A stretch of 64,000 nucleotides of DNA, from the NCBI GenBank assembly GCA_951406725.2, contig OX597822.1, forward strand, positions 41,230,001 to 41,294,000, written 5' to 3'. The first letter of the stretch is position 1, and each line of letters begins with the position of its first letter. Source of the DNA: Octopus vulgaris. Taxonomy: Eukaryota. Both the position numbers and the translations under genes were made by a program. The notes under the pieces are model-generated. The model saw only the letters and a program-made list of their open reading frames with translations, did no database searches and had not been told where the DNA came from. Of this stretch, positions 1-11,270 are shown in pieces.

Positions 1-276
1 GACTAATTAATTATTAACTTTGATAATACCCTTATTATTTAGAAATGTATTTAAGTTCTGTGTATACACGGTGTGTATAAACAAATATACACGTTTAGGC
101 TTGTATGCACTCGTGCGCACACTCGTCTTTATATATTATGTACGCATTTATGTGTGTGTGTGTGTTTGTGTATGTGTGTGCATGTGCTTATGCATGTGTG
201 CATGAATGGATATATGTATATATATATATTTTAGGACCATGCCTACATTTTAGAAAATTCCTGTGCACACTCGTCC

Positions 277-330
<54 letters not shown>

Positions 331-519
331 CATTTTATAAAGGGCTTAGTAAAATAAATTACTTTGCCACATACTGAACTCATTAGAAATAGCAGCCCAA
401 AAAATTTTTTTAGCCAAGTTCTAATACTTAAAGAAAATTTCTCTCAGATAGTGCTTACTCAAAATAGCCCACGAAGGTATGGGGGTAAAAACATTAAAAA
501 ATCACAAGTGCAAAGGTTA

Positions 520-581
520 TTTGAGAACGTACGTTTCTAGATCAGCCAAATACAATTCGACATTTCTTTCGTCAGCTCAAA
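520..581 (-). ncRNA. Minimal type I hammerhead ribozyme motif (copy 1)
   Basis: Reverse complement of 761-822. Confidence 0.7.
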
Positions 582-760
582 ATTCCTTAATTCGGATTTG
601 TAAACACTGAAAGTAGGAGCATACCCTTTTGGCGACTTTTCACCTCCGAAGATCCGTTCAGACTAACAGTGCCAACAAATTCAAAATATGAATCGGAGGT
701 GAAAAGTCGCCAAAAGGGTATGCTCCTACTTTCAGTGTTTACAAATCCGAATTAAGGAAT

Positions 761-822
761 TTTGAGCTGACGAAAGAAATGTCGAATTGTATTTGGCTGA
801 TCTAGAAACGTACGTTCTCAAA
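761..822 (+). ncRNA. Minimal type I hammerhead ribozyme motif (copy 2)
   Basis: TTTGAG-CTGACGA-[AAGA..GTCGAA..TTTGGC..TCTA]-GAAA-C-GTAC-G-TT-CTCAAA: stem I TTTGAG/CTCAAA, palindromic stem III AACGTACGTT, GUU triplet; the closing pair of stem II is an A.A mismatch. Confidence 0.72.
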
Positions 823-1325
823 TAACCTTTGCACTTGTGATTTTTTAATGTTTTTACCCCCATATCTTCGTGGGCTATTTTGAGTAAGCACTATCTGAGA
901 GAAATTTTCTTTAAGTATTAGAATTTGGCTAAAAAAAATTTTTGGGCTGCTATTTCTAATGAGTTCAGTATGTGGCAAAGTAATTTATTTTACTAAGCCC
1001 TTTATAAAATGTAATATTTTGAATTCGCCTTAAATGGTCCCTTTACATACTGAATACTTGGTGAAATTGATTAATAATTAATTAATTTTACCCTCAATTG
1101 TTGAAATTATAATTCATTTCTCTCTGTTTAATGCTTCGGTTTTCACCGATAAAATTATGGTGTTTGCTAGGTTAGCCCACGTGGGTGGAAAGGGGAGGGC
1201 AGAAATTCTTCGCTTGCATATTTTGAATTTGTTGGCACTGTTAGTCTGAACGGATCTTCGGAGGTGAAAAGTCGCCAAAAGGGTATGCTCCTACTTTCAG
1301 TGTTTACAAATCCGAATTAAGGAAT

Positions 1326-1387
1326 TTTGAGCTGACGAAAGAAATGTCGAATTGTATTTGGCTGATCTAGAAACGTACGTTCTCAAA
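1326..1387 (+). ncRNA. Minimal type I hammerhead ribozyme motif (copy 3)
   Basis: Same sequence as 761-822, 565 bp downstream. Confidence 0.72.
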
Positions 1388-1668
1388 TAACCTTTGCACT
1401 TGTGATTTTTTAATGTTTTTACCCCCATACCTTCGTGGGCTATTTTGAGTAAGCACTATCTGAGAGAAATTTTCTTTAAGTATTAGAATTTGGCTAAAAA
1501 AATTTTTTTGGCTGCTATTTCTAATGAGTTCAGTATGTGGCAAAGTAATTTATTTTACTAAGCCCTTTATAAAATGTAATATTTTGAATTCGCTTTAAAT
1601 GGTCCCTTTACATACTGAATACTTGGTGAAATTGAGTAATAGTTAATTAATTTTTCCCTCAATGGTTG

Positions 1669-1713
<45 letters not shown>

Positions 1714-1766
1714 GCGTTTCTGTGTATATATGTGTATACGTGTGTGTGTGTGTGTGTGTGTGTGGT

Positions 1767-1811
<45 letters not shown>

Positions 1812-1813
<2 letters not shown>

Positions 1814-2200
1814 AAGGAATTGTGCAAAATTTTGGCATTGTAAGCTACACCAATGCTAGAACGGGACGACACTGCATAGTGCCAAAGATCCCAGTAATGC
1901 CACCACGCTTCAGGACCAGCTTCTACAACAGCCTGGGTTTCAAGGGCCCACAGTTTTTTAATATTCTCCCAAAGAGTCTGAGGAACTTGCACAAAGTAGA
2001 TGTAGCGGTTTTTAAATCAAAGCTGGACATCTTCCTGTCAAGAGTCCCAGATGAACCTACCTCACGGCAAGAGGTGCAAATGAGAGTAGCTATATCAAAC
2101 TCCATTCTTCACCAAGTGCCACATATTAGACGAGGTTCGTCGTAATAACAGTGTAGCACAAAACGGCGGTGCATCAGCATGGCCGCAGCTCTGAGCTGAA
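1812..2200 (+). mobile_element. 5'-truncated LINE 3' end (CR1/L2-like ORF2 C-terminus plus short 3' UTR)
   Basis: RTGRHCIVP..NSLGFKGPQFFNILPKSLRNL..FKSKLDIFLSRVPDEP resembles the C-terminal '..N.LP..........FK.KLD.FL..VPDEP' of CR1-group ORF2. Confidence 0.7.
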
Positions 2201-2347
2201 ACTAGAAAAAAATATATATATATGCCTGCATTTTAGAAAATTCCTGCTGACCTTTTGGAATCCGCATGGTGGCACCACTAATAGCCAAGGCCGTATACTC
2301 TTAGAGTGTTTCTTCTCCGGATTTATGTATTTCTATAAACGATCCTA

Positions 2348-2397
<50 letters not shown>

Positions 2398-2400
<3 letters not shown>

Positions 2401-2622
2401 GTAAATATAATGTGACAATTATTCGGTAGCCATGATAAAACTCCGAGTTTCGGATGTCGGGGCGGAAACCCACGCCGCCATCTCTTCAGTTATCGGGCCA
2501 TCAAAAAAATGCTATGAAAATGGTTACCGAATAATTGTCACATATTATATTTACAGATAAATTCCTCTACTTACATAATATCGAGGTCTCTTTCATTCTT
2601 TTGTTGCTTTACTATTTCTATC
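2398..2622. mobile_element. Short inverted-arm element in (TA)n with hammerhead motif (Penelope-like remnant)
   Basis: 2398-2433 is inverted at 2520-2557; hammerhead motif between the arms; (TA)n on both sides. Confidence 0.6.
2434..2494 (-). ncRNA. Type I hammerhead ribozyme motif
   Basis: Minus strand GATAA-CTGAAGA-GATG..CATCC-GAAA-CTCGGAG-TT-TTATC: stem I GATAA/TTATC, stem III AACTC/GAGTT, stem II offset by 1 nt. Confidence 0.62.
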
Positions 2623-2791
2623 AATATATATATATATACACACACATATTGTTACGTTATATCTCGGGATGGTCATTTGTTTAGCTAAATAAACACGCGC
2701 ACTATCTATTCGTTCTTCATTTCAGCTTTATTATTGTTCTTCACACATCCTGTGACCTCTTCAGCGACTCTCCATCCCTCGTGTCTCTTCC

Positions 2792-2850
<59 letters not shown>

Positions 2851-3122
2851 TTTCAAATTTTGTGCACAAGGCCAGTAATTTCGACTACATTGACTTCAGT
2901 GCTCAACTGGTAATAATTTTATCGACTTCCGAAAGGATGAAAGGCAAAGTTTAGCGGTGTTTCGTCCGTCTTCACTTTCAGAGTTCAAATTCCTCCGGGA
3001 ACAAGAAATTATCTAATGAACTTCCTTAGAAACAGATGTAAGGTAAGCTAACGAAGTTCATTACATAACTTTATATTCTCTTGTCATTTATCTAATTATG
3101 CATTAACTATACATACACACAC

Positions 3123-3153
<31 letters not shown>

Positions 3154-3244
3154 CATACATACATACATACATACATACATACATACATACATACATACAT
3201 CCTACAAAAAGACAATTGAAAATAAAATCGAATTATATTACTTT

Positions 3245-3690
3245 ATCTTTTTACTCTTTTACTTGTTTCAGTCATTTGACTGTGGCCATGCTGGAGCACC
3301 GCCTTTAGTCGAGCACATCGATCCCAGGACTTATTCTTTGTAAGCCTAGTACTTATTCCATCGGGCTCGTTTGCCGAACCGCTAATTACGGCGACATAAA
3401 CACGTCAGCATCGGTTGTCAAGCGATGTTGGGGGGACAAACACAGCGCACAAACGTATACACACACACACAAACACACACACACACACACACAAACACAC
3501 TCACACACACATATATATATACACATATATACGACGGGCTTCTTTTAGTTTCCTTCTACCAAATCCACTCACAAGGCTTTGGTCGGCCCGAGGCTATAGT
3601 AGAAGACACCTGCCCAAGGTGCCACGCAGTGGGACTGAACCTGGGACCATGTGGTTGGTAAGTAAGCTACTTACCACACAGCCACTCCTA
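3245..3690 (-). mobile_element. tRNA-headed SINE family A, full length, with internal (TA)/(TG) tract
   Basis: Reverse complement of 51897-52322; head GAGTGGCTGTGTGGTAAG..GGTTCAGTCC (A/B-box like), tail ..GAAACAAGTAAAAGAG. Confidence 0.85.
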
Positions 3691-4224
3691 CTCATATATA
3701 TAGGAAATAGATAATGTAATCTATTTCCTGTTATCCAATATCGCCTGGAAAATATAAAAGTCACACTCTAGATTTTTGGCTGTTATTTATAGCAAGTCAT
3801 ATGACCACATAGAGGCGCCGTCGTTTGCTCGTGCAAATGTACAGTAAAACGTGACAGTGTTTTAATGGCCCTCTTCATCCAATTATATAACACCCTTGCT
3901 TGTATACATCCTTAGGGAGCTGCACCTCTAAAACTGCTTCTAAAGGGATCTAGATTGCCCAATCCCTTATTTCTTCTGCTTCTCCGCCATCTCAGAACCC
4001 TGGTGCTTTCCCTTATTAACATAACCACTGAGGAGAAAATTAAACTTTTATCGGAGACAGTCAGTATGATGTAAGGGCTTGCCGGCAGTGGATTTGCTGG
4101 AAGCCACTGGGAATCGCTGGGAGTCTCGCTGTGGCTGGCTGGAACCCGCTTGAACCTGCTGGGAGCCGCTGGGATCTACTAACGGACTCCTGGGAATAAT
4201 CAAATAACCATATTAGATAATGCA

Positions 4225-4319
4225 TTAAGAATCACCATCGTCATCACTATCGTCTAGATCATCCTTATCGCTATTATCATTACCATTATCTTCGTCATTA
4301 TCATCATAAACGTGATCAA

Positions 4320-4373
<54 letters not shown>

Positions 4374-4451
4374 CATCATCATCTTCATCATCATCTTCAT
4401 CTTCATCTTCATCGTCATCATCATCATTATCATCATCACCATCATAATCAC

Positions 4452-4487
<36 letters not shown>

Positions 4488-4559
4488 CATCATCATCTTC
4501 ATCATCATCTTCATCTTCATCGTCATCATCATCATTATCATCATCACCATCATAATCAC

Positions 4560-4605
<46 letters not shown>

Positions 4606-4703
4606 GTCGTCGTCGTCGTCATCATTATCATCGTCGTATTCGTCGTCGTCGTATTCGTCGTCGTCGTCATCATCATCATCATCATCATCATCGTCATCGT
4701 CAC
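4225..4703. repeat. (ATC)n/(GTC)n compound microsatellite with an internal higher-order duplication
   Basis: Read directly; the block TCATTATCATCATCACCATCATAATCACC occurs twice. Confidence 0.95.
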
Positions 4704-4709
4704 ATATGC

Positions 4710-4770
<61 letters not shown>

Positions 4771-5377
4771 TATATACATGCATATGTGTGCACAGGACCT
4801 CATGAAACGTGTACAACAACAAAAAACATACGAAGTACGAATACATGGAATATTAACTATTTTTTCGAACAACGAAAGACACAAATGGAAAACAAGACAA
4901 GCAACATAAAGAACGACCCTTCATCAGTTGTTGGCTGTTTTCGTCTCTCGTATGTATGTATGTATGTATGTATGAATGTATGTATGTATGTATGTATGTA
5001 TGTATGTATGTATGTATGTATGTATGTATGTATATTGGTAAGATCCAAGGATCAATGTGTAGGGTGTAAGTGAGATTCAAGCAATCTGTAGAAAATATTT
5101 TTAAAAAACAACTTTCAGGAACAATGGGGGTTTATCGGTGCAGAAAGTTGTGAATTCTTCACATATGGAGGAATGATAAGCCGGAAAAAATTCTTTTATA
5201 ATTCACGGTTGGCAACAAGGGTTACCGGATAAGCGAATAAAAATCCAAAATTTAAGGAATGGAGTAAATATAATCCGGGCAACATTTGTTTTACAGTGAG
5301 CGGAACCTCGGAAGTAGTAATTATCCGAGCGAGGTATATAAGGTAGGCTACTCTTCAGGCCAAGGGTATCTTGATTA

Positions 5378-5456
5378 CATGAATAGCTATGGGGGTCCAC
5401 CGGAATAAGATACCAATGAAAGTGGTCCATAAAGAGATAATGGTTGAGAACCCCTA
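5378..5456 (+). mobile_element. 3' fragment of hAT-type MITE (same family as 45352-45682)
   Basis: Ends GGTTGAGAACCCCT; internal similarity to 45600-45682. Confidence 0.55.
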
Positions 5457-5757
5457 AAAGACAAATAACTATATAGAGAGTTACATCGATGGAGAGAGAG
5501 AGAGAGAGTGAGTGAGAGAGAGTGAGTGAGTGAGTGAGTGAGTGAGTGAGTGAGTGAGAGAGAGAGACATATGGATTCATAGACAGACACATAGGTAGAA
5601 ACAGAGAGAGATAGAGAGGGAACAGAGAAGAGTGGGGAGAGATTTTAAATAGAAAACGGAGACATTATTGTGCTTATTTCACAGACAGTCAATTCCAGAT
5701 TTGGGGTTATAATGACGTCAGAGAAGGGAGTGCTGCCCGTGTTTGGGGGCCCTTATC

Positions 5758-5791
5758 GCTGCTGCTGTTGTCGGCGGCGGTGGTGGCGGCG

Positions 5792-5857
<66 letters not shown>

Positions 5858-5890
5858 GTGGTGGTGGTGGTGGCAATGGTGGTGGTGATG
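5758..5890. repeat. (GGC)n/(GGT)n trinucleotide tract, CpG-dense
   Basis: Read directly. Confidence 0.95.
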
Positions 5891-6109
5891 TGTGTGGTGA
5901 GTGTTGGTAGTCGTTGAAGTGATGATAGGGCTATAGTGAACTGAAACACAGCAGGATCACCTGGTGGTGATGGTGGCGATGGTGGTGGTGACGGGCACTT
6001 AGTCATTAACTTAGTTCCTGTGTTTGGTAAAAATAAGCGGTGATTGTTGTAGTAGTAGTTGTTGTTGTTGTTGATGGTGGTGGCGGTGGTGGTGGTAGTT
6101 CTTTTAGCT

Positions 6110-6725
6110 TCTATTGGTTACTTCTTTCAATCGTTGAAACTGTGGCCATGCTTCTGCACCGCCTCAAAGAGTTTAGTCGAAAGACTTGACACCAGTACTT
6201 TATTCTGTCAGTCGCTTTTTGGCCGACCTGCTTAAGTTACGACGGCATAAACAAACCAGTACTGGTTGACAGGCGGTATGGTGGCGGGAAAAAACACAAG
6301 ATACACACGCACGCAAACACACGACATGCTTCTTTAAGTTTCCGTCTACCAAATCCATCCACAAGGGTTTGCTTGACCGAGGTCTATAGTAGAAGATATC
6401 TGTCCAAGATATCTTTCTTAAGCTGCACTCAAATAAACTGGTGAAGACGAGAATGTATTTATCGAAGGTTTATTACTTAACGTAAATCAGGGCTTAAGTA
6501 GCTAGTTGTTTCTGGTTTGTTAATTCAAATTCATTCAATTTTTACTGCTTCCATTATTTTGCTTCGCTTCCCTCTCGGAAGTCCACTTCGCTGCAGACCA
6601 GCTCTTTAGCTAGCCCGCAGCGAAGGTCCTGTCTACAGTTCGTCTGTCATGAATTCTGCTCTACGCCGTGCAGTAGGACTGAACCCAGAACCATACGGTT
6701 GGAAAATAAATTTTTCACCACGCAG
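6110..6725 (-). mobile_element. Diverged SINE family A interrupted by a ~250-bp insert (~6412-6660)
   Basis: Family A sequence stops at ..TGTCCAAG (~6408) and resumes at GCCGTGCAGTAGGACTGAACC (~6665). Confidence 0.65.
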
Positions 6726-6934
6726 GCCCGCTTATCGAATATTTCTAGTGATGATGGTGAGGTGTTTTGGTAACGGAAAAGAGGTGATTATGCGCTGAAA
6801 TTAATAACGTTCGACTAGTGTTCCAGCCGTGACCTTTGTCCCCATTTAATCACGACTAAATTAGCAGGTATTATGATCCATACTTAAGGTTGTTACCCAG
6901 TAACACTGAAGGAGATTTAACAGGGACTGTTTTA

Positions 6935-7488
6935 TTCTTTTCTACTCTAGGTACAAGGCCCGAAATTTTGGGGGAGAGGACCAGTCGATTAGATCAACCT
7001 CAGTACGCAACTGGTACTTAATTTATCGACCCCGAAAGGATGAAAGGCAAAGTCAACCTCGGTGGAATTTGAACTCAGAACGTAAACACAGACTAAATAC
7101 CTATTTCTTTACTGCCCACAAGGGGCTAAACACAGAGGGGACAAACAAGGACAGACAAACGGATCAAGTCAATTACATCGGCCCCAGTGCGTAACTGGTA
7201 CTTAATTTATCGACCCCAAAAGGATGAAAGGCAAAGTCGACCTCGGCGTAATTTGAACTCAGAACGTAAGGACAGACGAAATACCACTAAGCATTTCGCC
7301 CAGCGTGCTAACGTTTCTGCCAGCTTGACGCCTTAAAATTAACGTGTATACTTTTCTACTCTAGGCTCAAAGTCCGAAATTTTGGGGAAGGGGCCAGTTG
7401 ATTAGATCGACCCCAGTACGCAACTGTGCTTAATTTTCGACCCCCGAAAGGATGAAAGACAAAGTCGACCTCAGCGGAATTTGAACAT
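6935..7488 (-). mobile_element. SINE family B, dimeric composite plus an adjacent partial copy
   Basis: Repeated TTTATCGACCCCGAAAGGATGAAAGGCAAAGTCGACCTCGGCGGAATTTGAACTCAGAAC modules; head AAGGCG..AGCTGGCAGAA at ~7335. Confidence 0.85.
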
Positions 7489-7679
7489 AGGAACTATTTT
7501 ATTGTCTCGATGATAGCGGCAGGTGTGGAAGGCCACATTTTAGGTGTGGAAATTCTAAATTTAATGAATATGGATTAAACTAGATTATTTCCGAGAAAAT
7601 AGCTGTGAGAAAGCAACGGTATGAAAAAGGTTGACGATGACTTCGGAGATTCGCCTCCGTTGCATTCGACATATTTCTC

Positions 7680-7698
7680 TGTGTGTGTGTGTGTGTGT

Positions 7699-7737
<39 letters not shown>

Positions 7738-7762
7738 TGTGTGAGTGTGTGTGTATGTGTGT

Positions 7763-7828
<66 letters not shown>

Positions 7829-7881
7829 GTGTGTGTGTGTATGTGTGTGTGTGTGTGAGAGAGTGTGTGTGTGTATGTGTA

Positions 7882-7923
<42 letters not shown>

Positions 7924-7948
7924 TGTGTCTGTGTGTCTGTGTGTGTGC
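7680..7948. repeat. (GT)n microsatellite
   Basis: Read directly. Confidence 0.97.
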
Positions 7949-8064
7949 TATAGGATATGAGTCGTCATCGTCATTCTCATAATCATAATAATTATTGCCA
8001 CCTCCACCACCATAATCGTCATCATCATAATTGTCATCATTATCACCATCGCTATAATCATTGA

Positions 8065-8492
8065 CCGGTGGATTAGCGGAGTCGATAGAGCGCCAGGAAA
8101 ATGTCTTGAAGTATTTCTTCCGGTTCTTTACGTTCTAAGTTCAAATCCCACCGAGGTTAACTTTGCTTTTCATCCAATCGCGTTCGATAGAATCAAGTAC
8201 CAGTCAAATACTGGGATCGTTGTAATCGACTAGCCCCTCTCTCCTTTCAGATCTGCTAAGCTCTGAGTTTATTAGAAACAATCATTACGATGGCGAGCTG
8301 ACAAAATCGTTAGCAGGCCAGGCAAAATGTTTAGCAGTATTTCGTCCGTCTCTATACTCTGAGTTCAAATTCTGCCCAGATTGACTTAGCCTTTAATCCT
8401 TTCAGGATCGATAAATGTACCAGTTAAGTACTGGCGACGATATGATAGACTAGCCCTCTCCAGTCAAATTTCACGCCTTGTGCCTATAGAAA
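8065..8492 (+). mobile_element. Two diverged SINE family B monomers
   Basis: GGCGAGCTGACAAAATCGTTAGC..GAGTTCAAATTC..GATAAATGTACCAG modules. Confidence 0.7.
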
Positions 8493-8494
8493 GA

Positions 8495-8562
<68 letters not shown>

Positions 8563-8574
8563 TATTATTATTAT

Positions 8575-8881
8575 TAAGTGTGAGAGCAGTGACGCCATCA
8601 AAGTGACACTGGGATAAACTATACTCATCATGACTATTCGTCTGATAAGGGTACATCAGGCAAATGCATCACAACCGTATGTGCGCGATATGATGATCTC
8701 ATTTCAAGAGATGACCTTGTAGCGCATATCATCGGCCATAAGGGACATGCTCAACTGGTTGAGGTCAAAGAACTGACAAGCACATCTGTGATATGGAGCA
8801 GAATATTTGCTGTAGCCCATCTTTTATACCAAGACAAAACAATATACACAGTAACACTTCCAATCAGTTATGATCAGAAGC
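8575..8881 (-). mobile_element. (TAA)n-embedded non-coding element, internally deleted copy
   Basis: Matches both ends of 8961-9503 with the centre missing; flanked by (TTA)n. Confidence 0.8.
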
Positions 8882-8960
<79 letters not shown>

Positions 8961-8961
<1 letters not shown>

Positions 8962-9503
8962 GAGTGAGAGAGCAGTTCATGCCATCAAAGTGACACTGGG
9001 GTAAAATATACGAAGCCCAATATACCCATCATGACTACCCGTCTGATCAGGGTACACCAGGCACATGCATCACAATCATATGTGCGCGACATGGTGATCT
9101 CATATCAAGGTAAACAGCGCATGACCTTGCAGGTGGGGCCCAGTTAGAATTTTCTTCAGGTCGAGTAGCCCATCCCGCTCAAAAGGTCCCTGAATAAGGG
9201 TTGTTTAAGGATGTTGAAAGAACCACCCATGTTTCCAGAGGTGAATTATTCAAACCCCAAAGAATTCCTCTCAACACATGGCTATGATGCTCCCCCACTA
9301 CTTCTGCTCGTGATCAGAGATGCACATATCGTCAGCCACTAAGGGACATGCTCAACTGGTTAAGGTCAAACAACTGACAGGCAAATCTGTGGTATTGAGC
9401 AGAATATTTGCTGTAGCTCATCTTTTATACCTAGACAAAACAACGTACATGATGACACTTCCAATCAGTTAAGATCAGAAGCCATGAGAGCCACTGCCTG
9501 GTA
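8961..9503 (-). mobile_element. (TAA)n-embedded ~545-bp non-coding retro-element
   Basis: Near-identical to 9831-10406 and to the reverse complement of 34501-34976; (TTA)n on both sides. Strand inferred from the (TAA)n tail. Confidence 0.85.
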
Positions 9504-9559
<56 letters not shown>

Positions 9560-9563
9560 CTAC

Positions 9564-9645
<82 letters not shown>

Positions 9646-9667
9646 GTTATTGTTATTATTATTATTA

Positions 9668-9722
<55 letters not shown>

Positions 9723-9772
9723 CATCATTATTATTATTATTATTATTGTTATTGTTATTATTATTATCATCA

Positions 9773-9830
<58 letters not shown>

Positions 9831-9831
<1 letters not shown>

Positions 9832-10405
9832 GAGTGAGAGAGCAGTTCATGCCATCAAAGTGACACTGGGGTAAAATATACGAAGCCCAATATACCCATC
9901 ATGACTACCCGTCTGATAAAGGTACACCAGGCACATGCATCACAACCATATGTGCGCGACATGGTGATCTCATATCAAGATAAACAGCACATGACCTTGC
10001 AGGTGGGGCCCAGTTAGAATTTTCTTCAGGTCGAGTAGCCCATCCCGCTCAAACGGTCCCTGAATAAGGGTTGTTTAAGGATGTTGAAGGAACCACCCAT
10101 GTTTCCAGAGGTGAATTATTCAAACCCCAAAGAATCCCTCTCAACACATGGCTATGATGCTCCCCCACTACTTCTGCTCGTGATCAGAGATGCACATATC
10201 GTCAGCCACTAAGGGACATGCTCAACTGGTTAAGGTCAAACAACTGACAAGCAAATCTGTGGTATTGAGCAGAATATTTGCTGTAGCCCATCTTTTATAC
10301 CAAGACAAAACACTGTACATGATAACACTTCCAATCATTTAAGATCAGAAGCCATGAGAGCCACTGCCTGGTACTGCATCAGGGCAAGCATACTGCATCA
10401 GGGCA

Positions 10406-10406
<1 letters not shown>
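9831..10406 (-). mobile_element. (TAA)n-embedded element, longest copy, with duplicated terminal 16-mer TACTGCATCAGGGCAA
   Basis: Alignment by eye to 8961-9503. Confidence 0.85.
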
Positions 10407-10473
<67 letters not shown>

Positions 10474-10487
10474 CATCATTATTATTA

Positions 10488-10570
<83 letters not shown>

Positions 10571-10574
10571 GTTA

Positions 10575-10620
<46 letters not shown>

Positions 10621-10634
10621 CATCATTATTATTA

Positions 10635-10696
<62 letters not shown>

Positions 10697-10729
10697 GTTG
10701 TTGTTGTTGTTGTTGTTGTTTTCAGTCGT

Positions 10730-10835
10730 CTTTGTTTGTTTGTCTGTGGACAAGATATCTCAAGAACCACTGGATGGATTCAGATGAAACTTTCAAGAAT
10801 GTTTGGCCTCGTGACTGGCACACACTGATCGATGC
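10730..10835 (+). mobile_element. DINE-1/Helentron-like non-autonomous fragment
   Basis: (TTTG)n TCTGTGGACAAGATATCTCAAGAACCACTGGATGGATTCAGATGAAACTTTC resembles the conserved block of DINE/HINE elements. Confidence 0.5.
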
Positions 10836-10861
10836 GACATACCGGACAAGGATTACTTGCC

Positions 10862-11071
10862 CTCTCTTTACTCTTTTACTTGTTTCAGTCGTTTGACTGT
10901 GGCCATGCTGGAGCACCGCCTTTAGTCGGGCAAATCGACCCCAGGACTTATTCTTTGTAAGCCTAGTAATTATTCTATCAGGCTCGTTTGCCGAACCGCT
11001 AAGTTACGGGGACGTTAACACACTAGCATCGGTTGTCAAACGATGTTGGGGGTACAAACACAAGCACACAA

Positions 11072-11118
<47 letters not shown>

Positions 11119-11270
11119 CATATATTCGACGGGCTTCTTTCAGTTTCCGCTTACCAAATCCACTCACAAGGCTTTGGTTGGCCCGAGGCAATAGTAGAAG
11201 GTGCCATGCAGTGGGACTGAACCCGGAACCATGTGGTTGATAAACAAGCTACTTACCACACAGCCACTTC
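10862..11270 (-). mobile_element. SINE family A, near full length
   Basis: Homology to 3245-3690. Confidence 0.85.

Larger units (their letters stand above)
326..1675. mobile_element. Penelope-like (pLTR-type) non-coding element: inverted partial copy plus two direct copies between (TA)n tracts
   Basis: 326-690 is the reverse complement of the unit; 693-1110 and ~1111-1675 are direct near-identical copies with a 565-bp offset; each copy holds a hammerhead motif; both outer ends abut (TA)n. Confidence 0.75.

Noticed and set aside
4225-5073. Long ORFs (219 aa poly-Asp, 253 aa poly-Ile, 179 aa poly-Met)
   Set aside because: Translations of (ATC)n and (TA)n microsatellites; no domain or splice evidence.
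8495-10720. Repeat-spacer-like periodicity (CRISPR-like)
   Set aside because: Eukaryotic context; the units are ~550-bp near-identical elements separated by microsatellite, with no unique spacers and no cas genes.
9465-10896. Poly-I, poly-L, poly-Y and poly-N ORFs
   Set aside because: (TTA)n microsatellite frames.
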